Made by a program: the position numbers and the translations under genes. A DNA stretch of 64,000 nucleotides, taken from positions 26,286 to 90,285 of the forward strand of contig CAJXVG010000001.1 in the NCBI GenBank assembly GCA_913061495.1, given 5' to 3'. A model generated the notes under the pieces. That model ran no database searches and had not been told where the DNA came from. It worked only from the letters and a program-made list of their open reading frames with translations. The DNA comes from an uncultured Winogradskyella sp. (GTDB lineage: Bacteria; Bacteroidota; Bacteroidia; Flavobacteriales; Flavobacteriaceae). Below, piece after piece: positions 56,830-64,000 of this stretch (the first letter of the stretch is position 1; every line of letters starts with the position of its first letter).

Positions 56830-57344
56830 TAGTATTTTTTAGATGTCCAATGGATTATTTTACCTTCAAAATCCTTATTGAAATATTTACACATTGCAGA
56901 CGAATCTTCAAATCCATCATTCATAGCGAGCCTGTCAGCTTCCTCAATTGTTATAGGGTTTCCATCTATTGCAATTACAGGCTCCATACCATACCAATCA
57001 CACGCCTCTTCACCATAGTCAAAAGTTAATTTCTGTATGTTTAAACATTCTAGTGTTGGCGCAAACTGAAACCTATTTGAAGTTCTATTGTTGATTACTA
57101 AATGAATTTTGTTTCCCGATTTCCAACGATCAGATTTATCTTCTCTAATTGTATGGATTTTGGTCTTGATATACATTTCATCCCATTCAGATAAAGGTTT
57201 GTTGAATTTTTCTTCATAAGCTTTAGAGTATTCCTCATAGTGTGAAATATTAATATGGTCTAACCGATCAATTAATCCAGACCAAATCTTTTCTAAGAAA
57301 TGTGTTGGTTTTCCATTTATATATTCTGAAAATGCTAATGTCAT
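56829..57344 (-). CDS. hypothetical protein (ASCH-like?)
   Basis: KIHTIREDKSDRWKSGNKIH loosely resembles the ASCH-type KxHTIR core. Confidence 0.3.
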   Translation of the reverse strand: MTLAFSEYINGKPTHFLEKIWSGLIDRLDHINISHYEEYSKAYEEKFNKPLSEWDEMYIKTKIHTIREDKSDRWKSGNKIHLVINNRTSNRFQFAPTLECLNIQKLTFDYGEEACDWYGMEPVIAIDGNPITIEEADRLAMNDGFEDSSAMCKYFNKDFEGKIIHWTSKKY

Positions 57345-57347
57345 AGT

Positions 57348-58079
57348 CTAAAAAGGTGTTTTATTAAAATCAATTGTTATCCCGGCATCGGCAACAGTTA
57401 CCGTTTTACCAGTAGCTTCTTTCACTCTGTCCTTAAACATCAGCTCGTCACTATTACTATCAGATAAGTGAATCAATACTATGTTGTTGACCTTGCTCAG
57501 ATCATTAGCCTGAAGCGTACTGATGCATGTATCCAGGCTCATGTGGTTCTTGATGATTCTGTTTCTCAAGAATTCCATGTCATTGAGTTTGCGCTTGGCA
57601 ATCTCGTCAGCATAGTTGGCTTCAATAATGATATTGTTGAGATCAGGAAAGGTGTACTTACAGAAAATGAGGTCCGTAATAAAAAGCAGGTTACCACATT
57701 CTGGATGGTAAATAAGAAACCCACATGGTTCTGCAGCATCGTGCAGCACATCGAAGGACATGATCCTGAAGCTACCTAGCCTAAAGAATTCCTTATATTC
57801 AAAAGTCTTTGCCCTGTGATGGCCAATGGACTTCAATGCAGTATGTGTTCCTTTAGTGGCATGCACATCTATACCGAAACTCATTAAGTCACTAACGGAC
57901 TTGGCATGGTCTCCATGCTCATGAGTAACGATACAGCCAAGCAACTTTGTAAAATCAAAGTTGAAAGCACCCTTAATATCGCTAAACCTTACACCACACT
58001 CAATCAGCAATGCCTCATCCCCTGCATCGAGAATGTAGGCATTACCCTTTGAGCCGCTATTAATTACTCGCAACTTCAT
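57348..58079 (-). CDS. metallo-beta-lactamase-fold hydrolase (nuclease candidate)
   Basis: THEHGDH metal-binding motif. Adjacent to RecT. Confidence 0.8.
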   Translation of the reverse strand: MKLRVINSGSKGNAYILDAGDEALLIECGVRFSDIKGAFNFDFTKLLGCIVTHEHGDHAKSVSDLMSFGIDVHATKGTHTALKSIGHHRAKTFEYKEFFRLGSFRIMSFDVLHDAAEPCGFLIYHPECGNLLFITDLIFCKYTFPDLNNIIIEANYADEIAKRKLNDMEFLRNRIIKNHMSLDTCISTLQANDLSKVNNIVLIHLSDSNSDELMFKDRVKEATGKTVTVADAGITIDFNKTPF

Positions 58080-59110
58080 TAAAACCCAGGTCCTTGGTTA
58101 TCAGCAGAACCATCTGGAAACATATCCGGCATGTCTCCTGCAGGAACTGGTTCTTGTTTTGACTGCTCTTTTACCTCCTCATGTTCCACATCCTCAGTTA
58201 TTGAAAGCTCTTCTTTGTTGGCACCCTCATCAATCAAATCTGATACTTCACGATCTGCAGACTGAGCTTCATTTTCTAAAGCTCTCATTAAAAAATCATC
58301 AATCTTTTGGCTGTCTATATTGATAGCATTCCAACAGTGGCGTTTAAGAGTTTTCATAAACATCTCTTCCTCCCATCCTTCGATCTGCTCCTTATTGCCT
58401 GTCTTTTTTCCGTTCTTCCATTCGTCCTTTTCACCTCCCCAAAATTCTGCAGATGCATATTTTGGCTTGCGCTTTTCAATCTGTGCACGATTCAGAACAA
58501 CTAGCTTGTTTTTTTCTGGATTGTCTTTAAAAATCTGGTAATAGAAACCACCTTCCAATTCTCCGCGATCAAAATCATTATTAATCTCAAATTCGTAGCT
58601 CTCAACTTTGTTGTCCATGTTTTTCTTTCTCGACTTAAAATGATCGGTAGAATATTTGAGTTCAAAAATCACTTCATCCGGAACATCATATCCATACTTC
58701 CTAGCCTTCAATTCCAGACCGTTGAAACCTTCCATAAGGTTGATATCATACTTGCCAGTTTTGTTGTTTTTGTATGGAATTGGGCTGATGTGGTTTTTCT
58801 GTAAAGGATCCAAACCAATGCTTGAATATGCAACCACATCCAAAGACAGTTTGTTCATGTTCACATTTTGCCATGTCAATGCAACTGAATCCCTATAATT
58901 TTCAGACTTTGCCAATCTTTTTTGTTCAGCTTCATTCAAGACAGCATCCACCTTTATAAAGTAGTTCTGTATCAACTTGCGCTGAAACGATGTCAATTCA
59001 ACAGGCTCATTGCTTAGGCCTGTTGGAAATTCCTTGATTACGGCTTGCGTAAATCTTTCCGATGGTGTAGCGTTGTTCATTGTCGCTACTTCGTTTTTCT
59101 TTTTTGTCAT
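58079..59110 (-). CDS. recT: RecT-family single-strand annealing protein
   Basis: SIGLDPLQKNHISPIPYKN...MEGFNGLELKARKYG resembles the RecT core. Acidic C-terminal tail. Confidence 0.65.
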   Translation of the reverse strand: MTKKKNEVATMNNATPSERFTQAVIKEFPTGLSNEPVELTSFQRKLIQNYFIKVDAVLNEAEQKRLAKSENYRDSVALTWQNVNMNKLSLDVVAYSSIGLDPLQKNHISPIPYKNNKTGKYDINLMEGFNGLELKARKYGYDVPDEVIFELKYSTDHFKSRKKNMDNKVESYEFEINNDFDRGELEGGFYYQIFKDNPEKNKLVVLNRAQIEKRKPKYASAEFWGGEKDEWKNGKKTGNKEQIEGWEEEMFMKTLKRHCWNAINIDSQKIDDFLMRALENEAQSADREVSDLIDEGANKEELSITEDVEHEEVKEQSKQEPVPAGDMPDMFPDGSADNQGPGF

Positions 59111-59130
59111 TGTATTTTGATTTTATAGAT

Positions 59131-59316
59131 TTAAGAGTTTAGTTTTTTGACAAGAAGATCAGCAACCTCTTGAGTTTGTTCTTCTGTCTGTTGATTTTGC
59201 ACCTCACAGATAAAACGCTTTATTGAAAAAACGTTATTACCTTTGTCCTCACCTTCAATTATGTGGGTTTTGCCTTTTTTGTCAGGTCCTTCTTTAATAA
59301 AAATTGTTTTATTCAT
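59131..59316 (-). CDS. hypothetical small protein
   Basis: ORF only. Confidence 0.35.
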   Translation of the reverse strand: MNKTIFIKEGPDKKGKTHIIEGEDKGNNVFSIKRFICEVQNQQTEEQTQEVADLLVKKLNS

Positions 59317-59326
59317 AATTATTGAT

Positions 59327-59668
59327 TTATAGATTTCTATTTAATAATCCTCCTTGAAATATATGTTCTAGTAGAGGCTCGTTTTTTCGATATTTATAAC
59401 ACTCTTCAAGTGTTGGTCTATACCATTCCTGTATAGGTTTTAATCTAGGCTCAATATTTGTATAAAATGTGCTTGTCGCTTTCTCGCCACATTTTACACA
59501 GTCGTTAAGGAAAGGAGTAACACCTTTATTTACATCAATAGTTTTAGTAAGATGTTTGCATGATTTACATACATAAGTGTTTATCCTATTTTCTTCAACT
59601 TCACCTTTCAAATCAGGTATTTGTAACATTTTTTTATACCTTCTTTCTACTTCTCGTTTGCTTATCAT
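59327..59668 (-). CDS. zinc-ribbon protein
   Basis: CKSC...CVKC pairs. Confidence 0.4.
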   Translation of the reverse strand: MISKREVERRYKKMLQIPDLKGEVEENRINTYVCKSCKHLTKTIDVNKGVTPFLNDCVKCGEKATSTFYTNIEPRLKPIQEWYRPTLEECYKYRKNEPLLEHIFQGGLLNRNL

Positions 59669-59670
59669 AC

Positions 59671-61728
59671 CTAAACAGTTTCAGTTTCCAATTTCTTAGC
59701 AAACTCCCATTCTGAATACGTCATCGGCACTTCCGAAACCCTTAGTGTTTTGTCTGGCTTGGAAACAATGAGATTAATGACCTGAGATTCTGTAGGTATC
59801 AATTCTACCACGCTCTCTCGGTTATCAATAAATACCGGTGCACTCGCCTTGTAGTGCATACATAGTGTATTGATGATATCAAGTCCTGCATTTATCTTAC
59901 TGGCCGTGTTGGCATCCGAAAACGGGACTCCGTTTATCAGTGCCTTGCACGTAGGAACTTCAGCTCCGTTGATCTGAGTTTCAAATAATTTAAAGTTGAC
60001 CAGGCTGAAACGGCTGTTTACCGATTGCTCTATACGTGTTGATTTCTCTTTCTCGAACTCTTCCATTGTGAACATCTCACGCTCCAGGTCCGCAATCGCT
60101 TGTGCTAAATTGCTTTCTTCTTTAGAAAGTTCATCGATACGAGTGTTTGAAGCTTCAATTTGCTGTTCCTTTTGAAGTCGGTTTTTTATAGAATCACGCT
60201 CAGTATTCAACGTGTCTAACTTTGCCTTGAGTTCTGATATATCGACCTTTGGTCTGTTGTTAAGCGCCTTTTGCTTGGACTTAATCTCGTTTTGTTTTGA
60301 TTCAAAAAACGGTTTATTTAAAACAATCTTTTCAGTATAGAACTCTGATTGATTTTTATCAATAGAAGCTTCTTTTAGTTGCTCGGATAAGTCAGAACGC
60401 GTTTCCCAAAGCTTTTTGTTTTCAAGCTCATCATCTTTAACTGATGCCTCAAGTTCTGAAACATTGTTTTGTAAGGTCATTTTTTGACCAGAAAGTGATT
60501 GTCCGTTTTCTGTCAAGGTTTTAAGCTTAGCATTTTTATTGCTGGTAAAATGCTCCTGCAGATCCTTACGCTTATCCTCTATATCTGATGCATCAAATTT
60601 TCGCTTACACGTAGGACATGCACAATCTTCATCATCCATCTTAAACTGCTTGGCATTCTCGTCCTCCCACTCTTTTCTCAGATTGGCAATGCGCTTGTCA
60701 AAATCCGCTATCTGGTTTTTGTAATTACCAATCCTAGAATTATTATTGGAAATAGCAGAATCGTTAGCTCTTATATCTGCATCTATAGCATTTATTTTAC
60801 GCTGTATTTTCCTTGGCTTTTCCAGAGCTTTATTGTAATCTTCAGATGCCAGTTGTTGTAGCTCGTGCTTCTTGTTGCTGATTTCGGTTTCAATGCCATG
60901 GATTTCTTTTTGGATTTCCGATTGCTTATCGATATCAGCCTGTTGTGCCTTTAGCTTATCTGAAACCTGATCGTTAACCTCTGATATTTCTTTAGCCTTT
61001 ATCTCCAGTTGGGTTTTAAGGTGTTCAAAATTCTCAACCTCTGGCTTACTCCGTTCCACTTCATCTATTCTGGTAGGAATGGCCTGAAGCTCTTTCTTTG
61101 ATTTTAGAATATTGGCCTTCACTTCTTTTTTTCGCTCGTCAAAAGACTTGCCAATAAGCTGTTTTAAAAGATTTTCAAATTCATCATTGCCCTTGGCCAC
61201 ATCCGTATCCGTGATGTTACCAGACATATCTATAAGTACACTTCGTTGGTCCTGCCATTTCAGTGAATTGAAAGCTGCAGGATTAGTGATCATCTTGAAC
61301 ACCTTTTCATCTATGATGGTATTTATCTTTGAAGTGAACTCAGATGCATTCATTGGTACACCATTCCATTCGTACACGGTTTCATTACCAGTATATTCAG
61401 CTTCTAAACTGCCTTTTCTCTTAACCCACTTTTGGCGCATGATTCTGGTAAGTTCCACACGCTCTCCATCTACATCCAAAATTGCAGAAACCACAGCTTC
61501 AATTTTTGGAATTATATTATTGTGAGCATCTAAAGTTTGAACCTCAAATGCTTTTCTGTCACTACTGTCCTTACCGAACATAAGCCAAGTAAAAGCATCA
61601 AATATGGTGGTCTTACCTACACCGTTGTGTCCGTAAATGAAAGTCTCATCTGAGATTTCATTTAACTTCAGTGAGCGTATGCCCTTGAAGTTTGTGAGCT
61701 GTAGCGCTCTGATTTTAATTGTTTTCAT
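59671..61728 (-). CDS. SMC/Rad50-like AAA ATPase with central CxxC hook
   Basis: N-terminal Walker A GHNGVGKT, long coiled coils, and a mid-coil CACPTCKRKF hook-like motif. Confidence 0.75.
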   Translation of the reverse strand: MKTIKIRALQLTNFKGIRSLKLNEISDETFIYGHNGVGKTTIFDAFTWLMFGKDSSDRKAFEVQTLDAHNNIIPKIEAVVSAILDVDGERVELTRIMRQKWVKRKGSLEAEYTGNETVYEWNGVPMNASEFTSKINTIIDEKVFKMITNPAAFNSLKWQDQRSVLIDMSGNITDTDVAKGNDEFENLLKQLIGKSFDERKKEVKANILKSKKELQAIPTRIDEVERSKPEVENFEHLKTQLEIKAKEISEVNDQVSDKLKAQQADIDKQSEIQKEIHGIETEISNKKHELQQLASEDYNKALEKPRKIQRKINAIDADIRANDSAISNNNSRIGNYKNQIADFDKRIANLRKEWEDENAKQFKMDDEDCACPTCKRKFDASDIEDKRKDLQEHFTSNKNAKLKTLTENGQSLSGQKMTLQNNVSELEASVKDDELENKKLWETRSDLSEQLKEASIDKNQSEFYTEKIVLNKPFFESKQNEIKSKQKALNNRPKVDISELKAKLDTLNTERDSIKNRLQKEQQIEASNTRIDELSKEESNLAQAIADLEREMFTMEEFEKEKSTRIEQSVNSRFSLVNFKLFETQINGAEVPTCKALINGVPFSDANTASKINAGLDIINTLCMHYKASAPVFIDNRESVVELIPTESQVINLIVSKPDKTLRVSEVPMTYSEWEFAKKLETETV

Positions 61729-61732
61729 AGTA

Positions 61733-61873
61733 TTATAGATTTATAGATTTCGATTTTTCGTTCTTTAGCATGAGATCCATTAGCTCCTTTTCATCTTTAT
61801 TCAGTTCCTCATAGGTTTTGTTCTCAAGTACCACTCGTCCGTTTTTAATTTCAAGTTCCAGATCAATCTTCAT
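61733..61873 (-). CDS. 46-aa ORF (below track cutoff)
   Basis: Hand-translated MKIDLELEIKNGRVVLENKTYEELNKDEKELMDLMLKNEKSKSINL. It fills an otherwise empty 134-nt gap. Confidence 0.3.
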   Translation of the reverse strand: MKIDLELEIKNGRVVLENKTYEELNKDEKELMDLMLKNEKSKSINL

Positions 61874-62141
61874 TGTGCTCTTCTATTAGTTGGTCCATAA
61901 TCTCGAAAAGTGGACTTTTGTCCATGCCTTGTGAAAAGGCAATCATCTGGTAAGCAAAGCTCATTGTCAAAGTGCTTCCCTCAGAACAGGTCAAAAGCCT
62001 GTGGTAAAATGCCGCCAACTGCTCGTCCGTCCTACAGGCTTGGTGTTCATCATAAAGTTTCCATAGACCCAAATTGACTAGTGGGTTACCCACTTCGATT
62101 TTTTTGAGTACATTTGCATTAAGATTCTGATTGTCATTCAT
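61863..62141 (-). CDS. hypothetical protein
   Basis: ORF only. Confidence 0.4.
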   Translation of the reverse strand: MNDNQNLNANVLKKIEVGNPLVNLGLWKLYDEHQACRTDEQLAAFYHRLLTCSEGSTLTMSFAYQMIAFSQGMDKSPLFEIMDQLIEEHNED

Positions 62142-62165
62142 TGCATTCAGTATTTATAGATTTAG

Positions 62166-62192
62166 AGCCATTCCCCACGAATGGCTTTTTTT
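62166..62192 (+). terminator. canonical intrinsic terminator oriented against the operon
   Basis: Stem AGCCATTC/GAATGGCT with loop CCCAC, then T7 on the plus strand. The minus-strand side has no U tract. Confidence 0.5.
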
Positions 62193-62394
62193 ATTTTGCT
62201 TTTATATCCTCGATGAATTCCATCGCCAACTTCTTGATACGACCGCCTAAAAACCTTATCAATAGCCCAACCGCCAATAAAAGGATACCGGATATGAATA
62301 TGGTACCATCAGACATAGTGCTGTAATACATTACCATCAGAGCAATTGCCATTATGCATATGAAAGCTGCTTTGTATGCAAAATCGTTTTTCAT
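62191..62394 (-). CDS. small two-TM membrane protein
   Basis: Two hydrophobic helices. ATGA-coupled. Confidence 0.4.
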   Translation of the reverse strand: MKNDFAYKAAFICIMAIALMVMYYSTMSDGTIFISGILLLAVGLLIRFLGGRIKKLAMEFIEDIKAK

Positions 62395-62579
62395 CCTAGC
62401 TGTGTTTTCCTTCTCTTTGACAAAAGTTTTTCCTTTTGGCTCTTAGAAAGCGTTCTTAAATTAGAGCTGTCCGAACCACCAGACAGCTCCTCTCTTAGTG
62501 TCGAAGCTTCCTTCATCAAAAGGCTTGCGTTCAACTCAATGCGCTCTAGGCGCTTTATTGTTTTTTGGGTTGGGCTCAT
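62391..62579 (-). CDS. hypothetical small basic protein
   Basis: Coupled ORF only. Confidence 0.35.
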   Translation of the reverse strand: MSPTQKTIKRLERIELNASLLMKEASTLREELSGGSDSSNLRTLSKSQKEKLLSKRRKTQLG

Positions 62580-62857
62580 GATGCTACTAATAATGAAAGA
62601 GCGTTTTTTGCAACACTGGCTTTCTCTATTTCAGATTTACAATTGTTAATTGCTATTAATATCAACTGTTCTATAGCCTTAGAGCTAGACTCAGTCATAG
62701 TATGGGTTCTGTAAACAACGTTTCTTACAGTTGATGGACCAACACCAGTAATTTCAGATACTTTAGCACGATCATGTTTTGTAGCATGTTTTCTTAAATA
62801 AGCTGACAATTCTTCGCTTATCAGTTTCCCGTAATCTTCTTTTGTAAATGATGCCAT
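62576..62857 (-). CDS. HTH DNA-binding protein candidate
   Basis: AKVSEITGVGPSTVRNVVYR resembles a helix-turn-helix. Confidence 0.45.
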   Translation of the reverse strand: MASFTKEDYGKLISEELSAYLRKHATKHDRAKVSEITGVGPSTVRNVVYRTHTMTESSSKAIEQLILIAINNCKSEIEKASVAKNALSLLVAS

Positions 62858-62878
62858 TTTTATAGTTGAATTAATTTT

Positions 62879-63211
62879 TTAATATGATTCTGTTTTATAA
62901 ACCTTGAAATGATTCGCGGTCTTGGTATTTCTTGGTAGTCGCCTGACGTTTTGAGTTGTCATAGAAAAAACCGCAAATAATTGAACAGCAAGACACATAA
63001 GTGCTGCAAAGTATTTTTTTGGATTTTTCTGTGAGAGTATGTACTCCCTAACTAGATCGGCAACATTGTTAAGGTTGTTCTTTCTGAAAATGTTGTACTT
63101 GTGATTGGCAACGGTCTTAGGGCTAACACAGAGCTTATCGGCAACTTGTTTTTCAGAAAAGCCAAGTGAAACCAATTTTGCAATTTCAGATTCTGTCTTT
63201 GTTAGTTCCAT
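62879..63211 (-). CDS. LuxR/GerE-type HTH regulator with C-terminal TM anchor (Cro-position gene)
   Basis: LTKTESEIAKLVSLGFSEKQVADKLCVSPKTVANHKYNIFRK followed by the hydrophobic segment YFAALMCLAVQLFAVFSM. Confidence 0.65.
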   Translation of the reverse strand: MELTKTESEIAKLVSLGFSEKQVADKLCVSPKTVANHKYNIFRKNNLNNVADLVREYILSQKNPKKYFAALMCLAVQLFAVFSMTTQNVRRLPRNTKTANHFKVYKTESY

Positions 63212-63271
63212 GGGTAATTTGCCTTAATTCTTATTTCAATCCTTGCTTTGTAATTGGTTTTTATATTACTT

Positions 63272-63320
63272 TGTTGTAACAACAGTACAAATATAAGGAC
63301 ATTTGTCCGTATTAAACAAA
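63272..63320 (-). promoter_or_regulatory. leftward early promoter bracketed by two palindromic operator candidates
   Basis: -7 TATATTTG (63288-63295, minus) and -33 TTTG (63317-63320, minus). TGTTGT-A-ACAACA at 63272-63284 and GGACA-TT-TGTCC at 63297-63308. Confidence 0.45.
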
Positions 63321-63350
63321 TTTTATTTGGAATTTTTTCCATTTTTATTT

Positions 63351-64000
63351 ATGAGGGATATCTACGAAGACATAAAGAGTATAAAAAAAGGGCTAAAACT
63401 GAACAATGATGAGATAGGCGGTCTTATTAATAAAAGTGGTGACGCGTTTAGAAAAGCGGTTGGTAGAAAGAGTCTCAGCGATTTTGAAATTAAAGAATTG
63501 TTAAAATTTCTTTCTGGCATGAATACGGAAAAAAATCCAGAAGTGTTGTTGGAAATTCAGGAGGCCTTAAACACAATTCGGAAAAAAATCCACAAAAACA
63601 AACAATTATTAAGGGATAAAATCCTAACTATTGAAGAAGAATCAAATTTACTGGATGAAATAAAAGGTGATCCCGCCTATTTTGATATTTTTTCTGATGA
63701 AGAAAGTCCAATAGTGAATCTAGTTCAGGAACAAAGCGATAATTATAACAAAGGCGTACCCTATTACGATCTTGATTTTACTGCCAGCTTTTTAGAAGTA
63801 GAAAACAATCAAGACGTTAAACCAGATAGTTATATTTCACATCCATTTTTCAAAGGCTGTGATTATGTAGTTAGAGCTTCTGGTCAATCCATGGCAAAAG
63901 TGATTAGACACGGTGATGCCATTGGATTAATAAAAATAAATGATTGGCAGGAATTTCTCCCTTTGGGCGAGATTTACGCAATCGTCACAAGAAATGGTTT
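63351..64000 (+). CDS. CI-like repressor with S24 (LexA-type) peptidase domain, 3' end outside window
   Basis: Hand translation from ATG 63351 is open to the window end. C-terminal part ASGQSMAKVIRHGDAIGL matches the GxSM...GD S24 core. Confidence 0.75.
   Translation, partial: MRDIYEDIKSIKKGLKLNNDEIGGLINKSGDAFRKAVGRKSLSDFEIKELLKFLSGMNTEKNPEVLLEIQEALNTIRKKIHKNKQLLRDKILTIEEESNLLDEIKGDPAYFDIFSDEESPIVNLVQEQSDNYNKGVPYYDLDFTASFLEVENNQDVKPDSYISHPFFKGCDYVVRASGQSMAKVIRHGDAIGLIKINDWQEFLPLGEIYAIVTRNG

Larger units (their letters stand above)
16705..64000. mobile_element. integrated temperate siphovirus-like prophage (attL at the tRNA-Phe 3' end; attR outside window)
   Basis: An integrase lies directly after the tRNA, followed by uninterrupted lysis, virion, packaging, replication and lysogeny modules to the window edge. 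Confidence 0.85.

Noticed and set aside
2813-61525. Antisense or shadow ORFs nested inside longer genes (for example 2813..3157, 4350..4538, 7339..7608, 9611..9901, 19695..20075, 25217..25675, 26895..27344, 39718..40131, 46331..46624, 61112..61525)
   Set aside because: Each lies wholly within a longer ORF that has recognisable motifs or operon logic. Their translations are low-complexity (S/L/F/I-rich), typical of the reverse frames of AT-rich genes.
61733-61750. Tandem TTATAGATTT as a mini-array (CRISPR- or VNTR-like)
   Set aside because: There are only two overlapping units with no spacers. It is better explained as two copies of the start-proximal motif.
62141-62326. 61-aa plus-strand ORF in the early region
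   Set aside because: It overlaps the terminator hairpin and the minus-strand membrane-protein gene, with no promoter box and hydrophobic shadow-frame composition.
1-64000. CRISPR arrays, rRNA, IS/transposase, reverse transcriptase (retron/DGR) and known multi-gene defence systems
   Set aside because: Scanning the ORF translations and repeats by eye found no Cas, RT, transposase DDE or serine-recombinase motifs and no regularly spaced repeats. A proper HMM scan is still needed.
63212-64000. Prophage right end located at the lysogeny switch inside the window
   Set aside because: There is no copy of the tRNA-Phe 3' sequence or other direct repeat of the left junction here. The CI-like gene pairs with the divergent early promoter, so it belongs to the prophage.

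Overview
AT-rich Bacteroidota (Flavobacteriia-like) chromosome. Promoters fit the TAnnTTTG -7 box type and there is no Shine-Dalgarno usage. Bases 1-16.6 kb carry ordinary core genes: ComEC, a thioredoxin-like protein, a POT peptide transporter, DPP-IV, HMG-CoA reductase plus a GYDIA kinase, a PpiD-like PPIase, a CBS/CorC membrane protein, LptC, a TPR protein, an OM barrel and CoaX. This block ends at tRNA-Phe(GAA). From that tRNA to the window edge (>47 kb) lies one temperate siphovirus-like prophage whose right end (attR) is outside the window. Its layout is: integrase; a leftward lysis and tail-fibre operon (25587 to 18255); a rightward head-tail operon (25800 to 43780); a long leftward early operon (63211 to 43801); and a CI-like S24 repressor truncated at the window edge. 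The head-tail operon holds a portal-like protein, a gp7-like protein, scaffold, capsid, an initiator-like tRNA, a chaperone with a -1 frameshift, and a 1252-aa tape measure. The early operon holds a LuxR-type regulator, a Rad50-like ATPase/RecT/MBL module, PcfK/PcfJ, SNF2, two methyltransferases, DnaB and TerS/TerL. No known defence system, CRISPR array, transposase or reverse transcriptase was seen. The least conventional signals are: (1) a four-copy AT hairpin fused to -7 boxes at every module boundary, sharing a core (TTATAGATTTC) with a motif placed just before five early-gene start codons; (2) a phage-borne initiator-type tRNA followed by a GC-clamped tRNA-sized element; (3) two self-promoted or terminator-insulated moron cassettes inside the late operon; (4) a DnaB ending in an SSB-like DDDLPF tip; (5) a membrane-anchored LuxR solo at the Cro position; (6) a lysis cassette with lipobox-less spanin-like genes. 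All functional calls rest on motif recognition by eye and need HMM or structure confirmation.
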